NCBI GenBank assembly: GCA_963727505.1
Contig: CAVSGP010000002.1
Coordinates: forward strand, 224,001 to 288,000
Source of the DNA: an uncultured Trueperaceae bacterium
GTDB taxonomy: Bacteria > Deinococcota > Deinococci > Deinococcales > Trueperaceae
DNA length: 64,000 bases
Direction of reading: 5' to 3'
The position numbers were made by a program, and so were the translations under genes. The notes under the pieces were generated by a model, which was given only the letters and a program-made list of their open reading frames with translations, ran no database searches and had not been told where the DNA came from. This document shows positions 27,622-36,776 of this stretch, piece after piece (position 1 is the first letter of the stretch; every line of letters begins with the position of its first letter).

Positions 27622-28707
27622 GTGACGGATTCGCCGCGTTCCCCGTTCGTCGTCGCTGCCGTGCAAGCGGCGCCCGTGTTCCTGAACAAGCAGGCGACGC
27701 TGGAGAAGGCCTGCCGCCTCATCCACGAGGCGGGATCCAACGGCGCACGGCTCGCCGTGTTCCCCGAAGGCTTCATCCCCACCTATCCGATCTGGTCCTG
27801 GTTCATCCCGCCACACGCCAGCCGGGAGCTACGGCCGCTCTACGCCGAGCTCCTCGACAACGCGATCGACGTGCCGGGCCCGGAGACCGCGATCCTGGGC
27901 CGGGCCGCTCGTGATGCAGGCGTGCACGTGGTCATCGGCGTCAACGAGGTCAACCGCGAAGGCAGCCGCACCAGCCTGTTCAACACCGTGCTCGTGCTGG
28001 ACGCGGACGGGCGGCTCCGCTTGGGCCATCGCAAGCTCGTCCCGACCGTGGCGGAGCGCCTGGTGCACGCCAGAGGCGACGGCAGCACGCTCGACGTCGT
28101 CGACCTGGGCGAAGCCCGGGTCGCGAGCCTCATCTGCTGGGAGAACTACATGCCACTGGCGCGCTACGCGCTGTATGCCTGGGGCGCCGAGATCCTGGCG
28201 ATGCCGACCTGGGACCGCGGCGAGCCGTGGCTGAGCACGCTGCGCCACGTCGCCAAGGAGGGACGGGTGGTCGTCGTCAGCGTGTGCACGCCGTTCCATC
28301 GCGATCTCATCCCTGACAGCTACGGCTTCAAGCAGGGTTACCTTCCCGACACGGTGTGGCTCAACCCCGGAGACAGCGCCATCGTCGATCCGGACGGCAA
28401 GATGCTGGCAGGCCCGCTCCACGAGGAGGAAGGCATCCTCTACGCCGAGGTCGACCCCGCGGCGTGGCGAGGATCGCGCTACCAGCTCGACGTCGCAGGG
28501 CACTACGGGCGGCCCGACATCTTCGACCTTCACATCGACCGCAGCGCCCGGCCGCCCATACGCGTGGACAGCAAGCTGCACGGACCCGGGCCGTCGGCGA
28601 CAGGCCCTGACCTGGAGGTCGAAACCTCCCACGAGGACGCGAACGACGGCCTCCGGTCGGCGGTGTACGACGGTCGCCCGGTCGAGGATAGCGTCGACGG
28701 CGGGTGA
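27622..28707 (+). CDS. Nitrilase (carbon-nitrogen hydrolase branch 1)
   Basis: SD GGAGG. Glu-Lys-Cys triad FPEGF, HRKLVPT, ICWEN. DVAGHY.RPD. Confidence 0.92.
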   Translation: MTDSPRSPFVVAAVQAAPVFLNKQATLEKACRLIHEAGSNGARLAVFPEGFIPTYPIWSWFIPPHASRELRPLYAELLDNAIDVPGPETAILGRAARDAGVHVVIGVNEVNREGSRTSLFNTVLVLDADGRLRLGHRKLVPTVAERLVHARGDGSTLDVVDLGEARVASLICWENYMPLARYALYAWGAEILAMPTWDRGEPWLSTLRHVAKEGRVVVVSVCTPFHRDLIPDSYGFKQGYLPDTVWLNPGDSAIVDPDGKMLAGPLHEEEGILYAEVDPAAWRGSRYQLDVAGHYGRPDIFDLHIDRSARPPIRVDSKLHGPGPSATGPDLEVETSHEDANDGLRSAVYDGRPVEDSVDGG

Positions 28708-28734
28708 CGCTGCCGGGTCATACCGGCGGCGGTC

Positions 28735-29715
28735 TTAAGCGCGCATCGGCGTGGGCTCGTGAGCAGCGTCCGACGCCGCGTCGAGGCGCTCGATCTCCTC
28801 GATGGAAAGCGTCACCCGCAGCGCCGCCGCTGCCTCGGCCGCGTGCGCCGGCTTGCTCGCTCCCGGGATGGCCACGACCGTGTCGCCGTGGGCTCGCACC
28901 AGCCATGCGAGCGCGATCTGCGATGGCGTGGCGCCGCGGTCCGCGGCGATCGCCTCGAGCGCCTCGATGACCGGCCGGCTCGTCTCCAGGCGCCGCCGGA
29001 GCATCGTGCGGCGACCGACCGGGGTGGCGTCCAGCAGACTCGGGTCGCGGTGGAACTTGCCCGTCAGCAGGCCGGAGTCGAGCGGCGAGTAGGCGATGAT
29101 GCTCACGCCCAGCTCCTTCGCCGCGTCCAGCACGCCGTTGCGCTCGATCTCGCGATGCAGCAGGCTGTAATGCACCTGGTTGGACGCCAGCGGCAGCCCG
29201 CGTCGAGCCAGCGCGGCGTGGGCGCGGCGCATCCGGCGCTCGTCGAAGTTGCTCACTCCCACCGCACGGATCTCGCCCGCCTCGACCAGATCCGCCATGG
29301 CGTCCATCTCCGCCTCCGGCGAGGAGAACGACCACGGCTGATGAACCTGGTAGAGGTCGATCCCGTAAGGGGCCAATGCGCTCGTGCGGCGCCCGATCGT
29401 GCGGGGCAAGTTCGCTGCGGTGCGCATCAACGGCATCCACTTGGTCGCCACACCCACGCTTCCGGGCTCGACCTCCAGCGCCTGCAAGGCCGCGGCCAGC
29501 CCGCGCTCGGAGCGGCCGCCGCCATACATCTCCGCCGTGTCGAACCAACCGATGCCGCCCTCGAGCGCGGTCCGCACGATGTCCGTCATCGCCGGCTGGT
29601 CGATGGACGGGAACATGAAGCGGAAGACGCCCGCCCCGCCCGCGAACTGCATGATGCCGAGGCCGATGGGAGTGATGCGGAGGTCGGTGCGTCCGAGCGT
29701 CCTGGTTGGCTCCAC
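28735..29715 (-). CDS. Aldo/keto reductase
   Basis: FDTAEMYG, ATK, DLYQVH, GVSNF, NQVHYSLL, AYSPL, IPGAS. Confidence 0.95.
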   Translation of the reverse strand: MEPTRTLGRTDLRITPIGLGIMQFAGGAGVFRFMFPSIDQPAMTDIVRTALEGGIGWFDTAEMYGGGRSERGLAAALQALEVEPGSVGVATKWMPLMRTAANLPRTIGRRTSALAPYGIDLYQVHQPWSFSSPEAEMDAMADLVEAGEIRAVGVSNFDERRMRRAHAALARRGLPLASNQVHYSLLHREIERNGVLDAAKELGVSIIAYSPLDSGLLTGKFHRDPSLLDATPVGRRTMLRRRLETSRPVIEALEAIAADRGATPSQIALAWLVRAHGDTVVAIPGASKPAHAAEAAAALRVTLSIEEIERLDAASDAAHEPTPMRA

Positions 29716-29778
29716 CCTAGGTCCCCCTTCATTGAAGTCGTGGTGTGGGGAGCGCGGTCTTCCCTACCCTACTCCGGG

Positions 29779-29871
29779 TCCGCCGACGCATTCATGCGCG
29801 ACTGGGAAGCGCGGATGAACCATTACCTGGAGCACGGAACCATGCTGCGGGACGATCCGTCGGGAGGCTGA
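29779..29871 (+). pseudogene. Probable orphan C-terminal gene fragment
   Basis: ADAFMRDWEARMNHYLEHGTMLRDDPSGG* with coding-like codons and no 5' body. Confidence 0.35.
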
Positions 29872-30010
29872 TCGGCGCACGTCCGGTCGGACTGCCGACG
29901 CGGGGTGACCGGGCGCACGGCTTGACCGGTCGGCACGGGTCGGCTTACCCTTCCTAGACCCACAGCGCGAGAGACCCCCACGCTCCCGGACTCCAGGAAC
30001 GGACGGCCCC

Positions 30011-31498
30011 ATGCGCCCATCGGCCCTCTACGACCGACACATACCCATGCCCGCACGGAACCACCGGCGCCTCCTGCGCCAGATCGCGGCGCTCGTCCTG
30101 CTCGCGATCATGCTGGCAGGCGCCGCAACCGCGCAGTCGACGGCGACGCCGGAACCCGTAACCCCCGAGCTGCTCGCCACGTTCGTCCCGGCCACGTGGC
30201 ACGGCATCGAGGCCAGCGAGCACCGGGCCCGCTTCGACGCCTCCGGCGCGGCCACGGCCAGCGCGCACTACGACGACACCAGCGACGGCCGCAGTTCCCG
30301 CGACCTGTCGATGGCCATCACCGACCTGGGGCCGTACCGCGACGCCACGCTGCTGGTGGAGCGGGCGGACGTAGCCGAGGGACGCGCGACGGAGATCGAC
30401 GTCGGCGGCTATCCCGCCTTCGTCGCCACCGACTACGGTGGCCCCACGCTCGACGTGGTGGCCGGGCGCATGTGGATCCGCTCGCGCGCCTTCGGCGATC
30501 TGTTCAGCGCCGGCGACTTGAAAGATGCGGTGAAGGAACTGCCGCTCGACGCCGTCGCCGCGCTGTCGGAGGCGCCGATCGCCGAGGGCGCGAACTACCG
30601 GCCGCTGGGCTTCACCGCCGGTGCGCTGCGCCATTTCCTCCCCGAGAGTGTGCTCGGCCTCGACCGCGGCGACGGTTACTACGCCAAGCGTCACCCCGCC
30701 GGCGTCGCCTGGGGAGGCTTCCCGTATTCGGGAACGGAAGGCGGCCACGACGTTCGGGTCCGGCTCACGGTCTGGGATCTGGGGACACTCGCAGACGCCT
30801 CCCGCCAGCGCTTGTCCGCCCAGCCGGATGCCTGGAGCGCCTTCACGCGCGACGGCCACCCCGGCTTCGTCGAGAGAGGCACGCCCACGCCGCGCGTCCT
30901 GCTGTACGTCGGCCGCTTCCGACTGCAGGCCGAGGCGCGCGGTCAGCCCGGCACCTCCGCGACGTGGCTCCAGGGTGCGTTCGACGCTGTGCATGTCGAC
31001 CGCCTTGCGCGGCTCGCGGAGCTCGTCCCCGCCCCGGCTCCAGCACTCGATCCGCTCGCCGGCCAGCCCCAACTCCTCACCCCGGACAGCCTCGCCGAGG
31101 CGCTGCCCGCGTCGCTTGCCGGCATGCAGCGCAGCGACCTGAAGGCCGAGGTGACCAGCTCCCGGCGCGACCCCTTCGACACCGCCTATGCCCGCGCCAC
31201 CTACCGAGGCCAGAGCGGCGTCGCGCTGAACGTCATGGTCTTCGACCAGGGCATCGTGCCGCTGCGCGTGAAGGAGCGGCTTGCGAACATGCGGGCAGTG
31301 GACACGCAGGGACGCGTACTCTACCTGACCGACACGCCGCCGACCGCGATGGCCATCGTGGGTCGCCGCATCGTCGTGACCGTCACCCCGGCCCGCGACA
31401 GCGACCCCACGCCGACCGAGGCGGAGCTGCAAGGCGCGCTCGGCGGGCTGGGCCTGCCGGGGTTGACCAAGCTCGTAAAGAGCGCCCGCTCCGACTGA
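30011..31498 (+). CDS. Secreted protein with three ~150-aa tandem repeat domains
   Basis: Signal peptide ...LAGAATA. Repeated L...LP.S..G / Y / D.G / GR motifs. Start may be 30047. Confidence 0.75.
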   Translation: MRPSALYDRHIPMPARNHRRLLRQIAALVLLAIMLAGAATAQSTATPEPVTPELLATFVPATWHGIEASEHRARFDASGAATASAHYDDTSDGRSSRDLSMAITDLGPYRDATLLVERADVAEGRATEIDVGGYPAFVATDYGGPTLDVVAGRMWIRSRAFGDLFSAGDLKDAVKELPLDAVAALSEAPIAEGANYRPLGFTAGALRHFLPESVLGLDRGDGYYAKRHPAGVAWGGFPYSGTEGGHDVRVRLTVWDLGTLADASRQRLSAQPDAWSAFTRDGHPGFVERGTPTPRVLLYVGRFRLQAEARGQPGTSATWLQGAFDAVHVDRLARLAELVPAPAPALDPLAGQPQLLTPDSLAEALPASLAGMQRSDLKAEVTSSRRDPFDTAYARATYRGQSGVALNVMVFDQGIVPLRVKERLANMRAVDTQGRVLYLTDTPPTAMAIVGRRIVVTVTPARDSDPTPTEAELQGALGGLGLPGLTKLVKSARSD

Positions 31499-31680
31499 AC
31501 GGCGTTCCCATCTACGCGAGGACTCCGCACCGGTCCGGGGTGTACGCTGGGGTTCCCTCCGGCACCACGGACGAACGACCGGCGTGGACGGTATTCGCGT
31601 TCCTCTCCGGAGCGTCGACGAGAGGTGTCGGCACGACCGCCGGGCCCCGACCGGGAACCGAGCCTCGAGGAGGCGACCGC

Positions 31681-32499
31681 ATGCCCACGGCCCCCATCCA
31701 CGGAACCACCCTGTTCTACACCGTCGTCGGGGAGGGTCTGCCCTGCCTGGTCATGCACGGCGGGCTCGGTCTCGACCATCACTACCTGACGCCGGGACTC
31801 GACCCACTCGCGGACGCGCTACAACTCATCTACTACGACCACCGGGGCAACGGTTCCTCCGGCCGGCCGGCCCGCCAGACCCTCACCCACGCCCAGCTCG
31901 CCGACGACGCCGCCGCCCTTGCCAGCTACCTCGGCCACGAGCGTGTTGCGGTGCTGGGGTTCTCCTATGGGGGCTTCATCGCGCTCGAGTTCGCGCTGCG
32001 CCACCCCGACCGCCTGAGCCACCTGCTGCTGATGGGGACAGCGCCCGCCTTCGATTACCACGACGAGATCATGGCGAACGCCCGCCGCAAGGGCGCGACC
32101 GAAGCGCAGCTCGCGGCACTGGAATCAGAGGCCGAGGCCGCCAGCGACGAGGCCTTCGGCGAGCACATCGAGACGCTGTGGCCGCTGTACTTCCACGACT
32201 ACCAGCCCGAGTACGACGCGCTCCTCGACGATGTCATCTACTCCGTGCAGGGGCAGCCGCCGGCCGCCGAGAGCGCGGCCTACGACGTGAGGAAGCGCCT
32301 GGGCGAGATCGCCGCGCCGACGCTGATCCTGGCCGGCCGCGACGACTTCGTGTGCCCGCCGTCGCAGGCCCGGATCTTAGCCGACGGCATCCCCGGCGCG
32401 GAGCTGCGCATGTTCGAGCACAGCGGGCACATGCCCTACGTCGAAGAACCGGAGGCGACGTTCGACGCCATCCGTCAGTGGCTGGCGCGACCGCGCTGA
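31681..32499 (+). CDS. Alpha/beta hydrolase (proline iminopeptidase-like)
   Basis: SD GAGGAGG. HGG, YDHRGNG.S, GFSYGG, GRDD, SGHMP. Confidence 0.92.
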   Translation: MPTAPIHGTTLFYTVVGEGLPCLVMHGGLGLDHHYLTPGLDPLADALQLIYYDHRGNGSSGRPARQTLTHAQLADDAAALASYLGHERVAVLGFSYGGFIALEFALRHPDRLSHLLLMGTAPAFDYHDEIMANARRKGATEAQLAALESEAEAASDEAFGEHIETLWPLYFHDYQPEYDALLDDVIYSVQGQPPAAESAAYDVRKRLGEIAAPTLILAGRDDFVCPPSQARILADGIPGAELRMFEHSGHMPYVEEPEATFDAIRQWLARPR

Positions 32500-32518
32500 G
32501 CCGTTCTGGCGGCGTCGC

Positions 32519-34399
32519 TCAGCGGTGGAAGGCCCGCGCGAACCGCTGCTGCTTGAGGTACACGAAGCGAGGGGCGAGCGGCGGCAGGTTGGCGGCGTCG
32601 CGGAACCGGGTATCGAAGCTCCAGTTCCGGTCGGGCGCCGTGTACACGGCGCCGCCGTACCGCCAGGGTCCATCGGCGTGACGCGGGTTGCCCAGGCTCA
32701 CGAACGACCCCCTGTACGTCATCTTCGTGCCGGTCCAGTTCTCGTGGAAGCGCGGGTAGTTCTCGAGGCCGCCGTTGTAGGCTCCGCCCTGCCCGGCCAC
32801 GCCCTCCACGCCGCCGGTGCTGTCGGTCCCCGACAGGAAGGCGGCGTTGATCTCGGTGGCGCTGGCCGTCCGTGACGACAGTCCCTCCGCCGAGCTGGCG
32901 TCCCAGCCGCTGGTATCCCAACTATTCGACAGGATGTCGATGGTGTCGGAGAGGAACGATGCCGGGCGCCAGGAACTGCCGACGTCCTTGTTGTAATCCC
33001 CCTGGATGTAGGCCGCCTGGTCGGTCACCACCGTCAGCCCCTTGATCTGCGGCGCGCCGGACACCGCGCTGGCGAGCGTGGCGCCGTCCCGCACCCGCAC
33101 GCCGTAGCCACTGCCTGCCTGGCCGGAGGCGGGACCGGCGACCGTGAAGTACAGGACCAGGCCCCCGAGCGACGTGCCGTTGATGTCCGTCTTGCCGCTG
33201 GCGCTGTCGCCGAACAGGGTGGGATGGTTGTGCAGGCAGTCCAGCAACGCGCCCATGTCGACCTCGAGCAAGGTCATGGTCTTCTGCTCGCGGTTGTCGT
33301 AGAAGCTGTTCGACCAGTCGACGGCGCTGCCGGCAGGCGAGCTGGCGTCCTGCGTGTAGGCCAGGTTGGAGGTACTGCGCGCCGGGCAGGTAGCCAGCAC
33401 GTTGGTGAGGGCGGTGTTCTCCCCTCCACCGGTGCGGTTGGGGACGATGATGCCGGTGGGGTTGCCGCTGCTGTCGACCTGCAGCTCGACCACCAGGTCG
33501 GCCTTCTGCCAGTAGCTCTTGCCGGGGTCCAGCTGGTCCGGCGGCGGCACCGTGAGGGTGTCGAGACCGGTCTGGACGTGGTCGTTGTACGGCGCGAGGG
33601 TCGTGGTCGACACCGGCCCGAGGGTGCCGCAGTACAGCTCCGGGTAGCTCCCGGTGCCGTCGTTGATCGTCACGGTGCCGTTGCATTCGCTGCTGTTCTT
33701 GCGGCGCCGGTAGATGTCGCCGCCGGTGCCGCCGTCACGCTTGGAGACCGTCACGTCGCCGTCGATCTTCAGGCTGGGGTCGCTGTTGAGGTACAGGTCG
33801 CCGTTCACGTGCACCGGCCCGTTCAGGGTCATCGGCGCCCCGGGGAGGATCTCGAGGTCCTTGTTGTAGAAGGCCGTGAACTGGAAAAGCGGGACCAGCC
33901 GGCTCTTGAACACCAGCTTCACGATGGCCTCCGGGCGCGTGCCGCCGGGTGGGATGGCCTCCGAGACCACCGTGTAGGTGTACTCCAGCGCGTTGAGCCC
34001 GGCGAACTGCTCGTTCGGCGGGATGGTGAGCGAAGAGCCCCCCGCACCGTTGCCCGGGTCCTCGACGACGTAGGTGCGCACCGTGCGCCCGGAGACGGTG
34101 TAATCCGTGCAGGCGAAGTCGCCGCTGCCGAGGTTGCTGCCTGTACACGGAGCGGTGGCGCTGGGGCTTGTTCCCGACGGGCGGTTGTAGTCCTGGAAGA
34201 TCTGCCGCACCTGCTCGCCGCGGAGGTTCAGGCCGGCCTCGGCGGCGTAGAAGCCGGTGGTGCTGTCGGCGTTGGCCTGACTGGTGGTCATCTCGATCTG
34301 GGTGGTGAAGAAGTACGCCGCCACCAGCAAGCCGAGCACCACCACGATGGACAGGACCGTGACGAGAACGAAACCTTGGTGGGCTCGGTAGCTGCGCAC
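32519..34399 (-). CDS. PilX-like minor pilin with large C-terminal domain
   Basis: G|FVLVTVL (class III signal lacking E5), YAAEAGL, C-terminal GGLENYPRFHENW...P.RNWSFD...LPPLAP. Confidence 0.82.
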   Translation of the reverse strand: MRSYRAHQGFVLVTVLSIVVVLGLLVAAYFFTTQIEMTTSQANADSTTGFYAAEAGLNLRGEQVRQIFQDYNRPSGTSPSATAPCTGSNLGSGDFACTDYTVSGRTVRTYVVEDPGNGAGGSSLTIPPNEQFAGLNALEYTYTVVSEAIPPGGTRPEAIVKLVFKSRLVPLFQFTAFYNKDLEILPGAPMTLNGPVHVNGDLYLNSDPSLKIDGDVTVSKRDGGTGGDIYRRRKNSSECNGTVTINDGTGSYPELYCGTLGPVSTTTLAPYNDHVQTGLDTLTVPPPDQLDPGKSYWQKADLVVELQVDSSGNPTGIIVPNRTGGGENTALTNVLATCPARSTSNLAYTQDASSPAGSAVDWSNSFYDNREQKTMTLLEVDMGALLDCLHNHPTLFGDSASGKTDINGTSLGGLVLYFTVAGPASGQAGSGYGVRVRDGATLASAVSGAPQIKGLTVVTDQAAYIQGDYNKDVGSSWRPASFLSDTIDILSNSWDTSGWDASSAEGLSSRTASATEINAAFLSGTDSTGGVEGVAGQGGAYNGGLENYPRFHENWTGTKMTYRGSFVSLGNPRHADGPWRYGGAVYTAPDRNWSFDTRFRDAANLPPLAPRFVYLKQQRFARAFHR

Positions 34400-34409
34400 G
34401 ATTCGCCTC

Positions 34410-35300
34410 CTACTGCGAGAGCACGTTCCGCGGGAAGAACCGAGCGCTGAGCTGGCGATCGATGCTCTTCCGACCCTGGGTCCCGGTACCGTCCAGGGTC
34501 ACCTCGATGTACTTGAGCGACGCGAAATCATCGCCCGCCTGGGGGAAGTCCGTCCGAACATCGCCGTTGTCGAGGACGGCCCGCACCTGGAAGTCGGTGA
34601 CATCGGGGATGAGCTTCTGCCCGGCAGCCGTGTCGCCGTTCAGCACGAACTCCAGGTAGCCGTTCAGCATCTGGTAGCGGCGCTCCTGCAAGACGTACAC
34701 CTGTGGCCTGTCGGCGGCGGCGTAGTCCCCAGCCCACTTGCCGGAGGCGCGGTGGATGTGGAAGTTCGAGCTGTCCTCCGCGTCGTAGGTGAAGAACTCG
34801 TTGACCTTGGTGATGGGGTCGACGATGAACGCGGGCACCGTGCCGTTGTTGTCCAGCCGGTAGAGGCGCCAGGCCCCGAGGTTGTCCGGCCAGTTGGGAT
34901 CCTTGGTGTAGGCGTCGATGGTGCAGTTGGGGTTTCCGGAATTGTTTTTCTTCAGCGCGACGAAGATCGCGTCCGCATTGCTGCCCGCCTTGATGTCCTT
35001 GCACACTGGCAGGACCACGTCCAGCAGGTTGCGGCGGAGGACCAGCACGGTCCCACCCTGCACCTCCACAGGCGGCAGGTAGGCGTCGGACTTGGCCGTC
35101 AGGCGCTCACCCGAGATCTGGACGTCGTCGCCGATGATGCTGAGCCCGGTGCGCAGGTTCTGGTTGAGCGAAGTACGCGCCTGGTCCATGTTCATCACGC
35201 GGCGGTTGGCGAAGGTCACGGCGATGGCGGCAGCCAAGACCAGGATGGCGACCGTGAGCGCCACCAGCAACTCCACCAGGGACAGACCGGCCGGGCTCAT
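34410..35300 (-). CDS. PilW-like prepilin
   Basis: G|LSLVELLVAL. C-terminal ...PRN typical of PilW-like proteins. Start 35300 or 35309. Confidence 0.85.
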   Translation of the reverse strand: MSPAGLSLVELLVALTVAILVLAAAIAVTFANRRVMNMDQARTSLNQNLRTGLSIIGDDVQISGERLTAKSDAYLPPVEVQGGTVLVLRRNLLDVVLPVCKDIKAGSNADAIFVALKKNNSGNPNCTIDAYTKDPNWPDNLGAWRLYRLDNNGTVPAFIVDPITKVNEFFTYDAEDSSNFHIHRASGKWAGDYAAADRPQVYVLQERRYQMLNGYLEFVLNGDTAAGQKLIPDVTDFQVRAVLDNGDVRTDFPQAGDDFASLKYIEVTLDGTGTQGRKSIDRQLSARFFPRNVLSQ

Positions 35301-35331
35301 GCCGTTCACGACCCGGCGGGGCCGCGTCAGG

Positions 35332-35727
35332 TCAGTTGAAGGCCGCATTGAGCCTCGTGTACACGGTCTCGACATCGTAATAGACCTTCCCCTGGTAGCG
35401 GACCACCGCTTCGACGTGGCGAGCGTCGCCACTGCAGTACGGCAGCGACGCGGTGCAGTAGAGGACCGTCACCTCGTAGGTCCGATCGCCTCCGCTGGTG
35501 TTCAGCACCGTCCCGCTGGGGTCCCAGGCGGTGATGGGTGTCTGACGGAGGTTATCGAGGACGCTCTCGGCCGCGGCCACCGCACCGCCGCGGACGTCGC
35601 TCTGGTTGTTCACCCGGAGGTAGCTCAGGAACGCAGGGACGATGCCAGCCAGCACGACCGCCAGGATGGCCAGCGCGATGAGCGCTTCGATCAGGGTGAA
35701 GCCGCGGGCGCGACTGCGTCGTGTCAT
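35332..35727 (-). CDS. PilV/GspI-like prepilin
   Basis: RG|FTLIEALIAL. ATGA overlap with the upstream pilin. Confidence 0.88.
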   Translation of the reverse strand: MTRRSRARGFTLIEALIALAILAVVLAGIVPAFLSYLRVNNQSDVRGGAVAAAESVLDNLRQTPITAWDPSGTVLNTSGGDRTYEVTVLYCTASLPYCSGDARHVEAVVRYQGKVYYDVETVYTRLNAAFN

Positions 35728-36176
35728 CGGTGCACCTCCACCGCGCCGCCCACGAATACCTCGACCGAGGCGGTCGCCCCCTTGGCGTCGGTCAGGGCGA
35801 CGGTCGGATTGGAACCGGCGATGCCGCGAGCGTCGAAGCACACGATCACGCCGTTGGCGGCGGGGGCCGTCAGTTGCACCCCATTCTCCAGGGTGGCATC
35901 GAGTCTGGCATCGTGGGTCCAGCCGGTGGTGTCGCTGCATGCCAGGGCATACTCGGCGCGCAGCTCGGTGGCGCTGGCCCGAGAGACCCGGTAGGCGGAG
36001 GTCGTGCTCATGGCCTTGGCGCGGACCTGCTTGAAGGTGCCCTCGACCCTGGAAGCAGCGGCGCCCAGAGGATCGCCAAGGGCCGTCAGGCTCACCGATC
36101 CGACCGCAAGGACGATGCCGACCACGGCCACGACGAGGATGATCTCGAGCAAGGTCAACGCTTGCGAACCGCGCAC
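35724..36176 (-). CDS. FimT/GspH-like prepilin
   Basis: QA|LTLLEIILVV, R.KAM, FDARG. SD GGGAGG. Confidence 0.85.
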   Translation of the reverse strand: MRGSQALTLLEIILVVAVVGIVLAVGSVSLTALGDPLGAAASRVEGTFKQVRAKAMSTTSAYRVSRASATELRAEYALACSDTTGWTHDARLDATLENGVQLTAPAANGVIVCFDARGIAGSNPTVALTDAKGATASVEVFVGGAVEVHR

Positions 36177-36183
36177 CGCACGA

Positions 36184-36303
36184 CCTCCCTTCCGGAATCT
36201 CGATCGGTGAACTGAGCCACTGCTCTCAGGGGTGCACTTACCCGATTCTGATTGTGCACCTTTTCAAGTACCGGAGGAACCCCCGAACGGGGGAGTACGA
36301 GAT
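36184..36303 (-). promoter_or_regulatory. Candidate structured 5' leader RNA of the pilin operon
   Basis: Nested stems ATCTCG/CGAGAT, CCCCC/GGGGG, GGTGCAC/GTGCACC and CTGAG/CTCAG, plus an internal anti-SD segment. Confidence 0.4.
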
Positions 36304-36776
36304 CCGCCACGCGATTCCACGGAACGACGATCGCGGAACGATGACCCGGGAAGGCGGCCACCTCGGCGATCGGTCTGAACCTGGGCTGCGCCTGAGCCAG
36401 TTCCGGATCACGCCCGTGACGGCGTTCCTCGCCGTCGCCCCAGCGATTGACTTCTCGTGAACGTTCCCCCATAATGAGCGCCTTCTCCATGTCTACGAGC
36501 CGCCCCCTCGGGGCGTCGAACGCGTTCTCGAAGTCCACTTTCTCGAAGGTTGCGTTGTCGTGGATCGCTATGCCCGACGGTCCCGTGCTGAAGCGGTTCC
36601 GCCGGCGAGGAGCGTGACGTCACGCGGGCGTCACGTGGGGATCAGGCTGGCTGCCGTGATGTGGCAACTAGGGCGCCGGGTCTCGTGTAGCCGTGGGATG
36701 GATGACCAACCGCACGCGGCGAAACTCGGCCGCGCTGGAAGCGCCCAGCGGGACGCCAAGGGCAAGGGAGCCTACG

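Noticed and set aside
36600..36776. Rifamycin-associated element upstream of the RPH-like genes
   Set aside because: No matching 19-bp inverted repeat seen, so rifamycin specificity is not supported by regulation.
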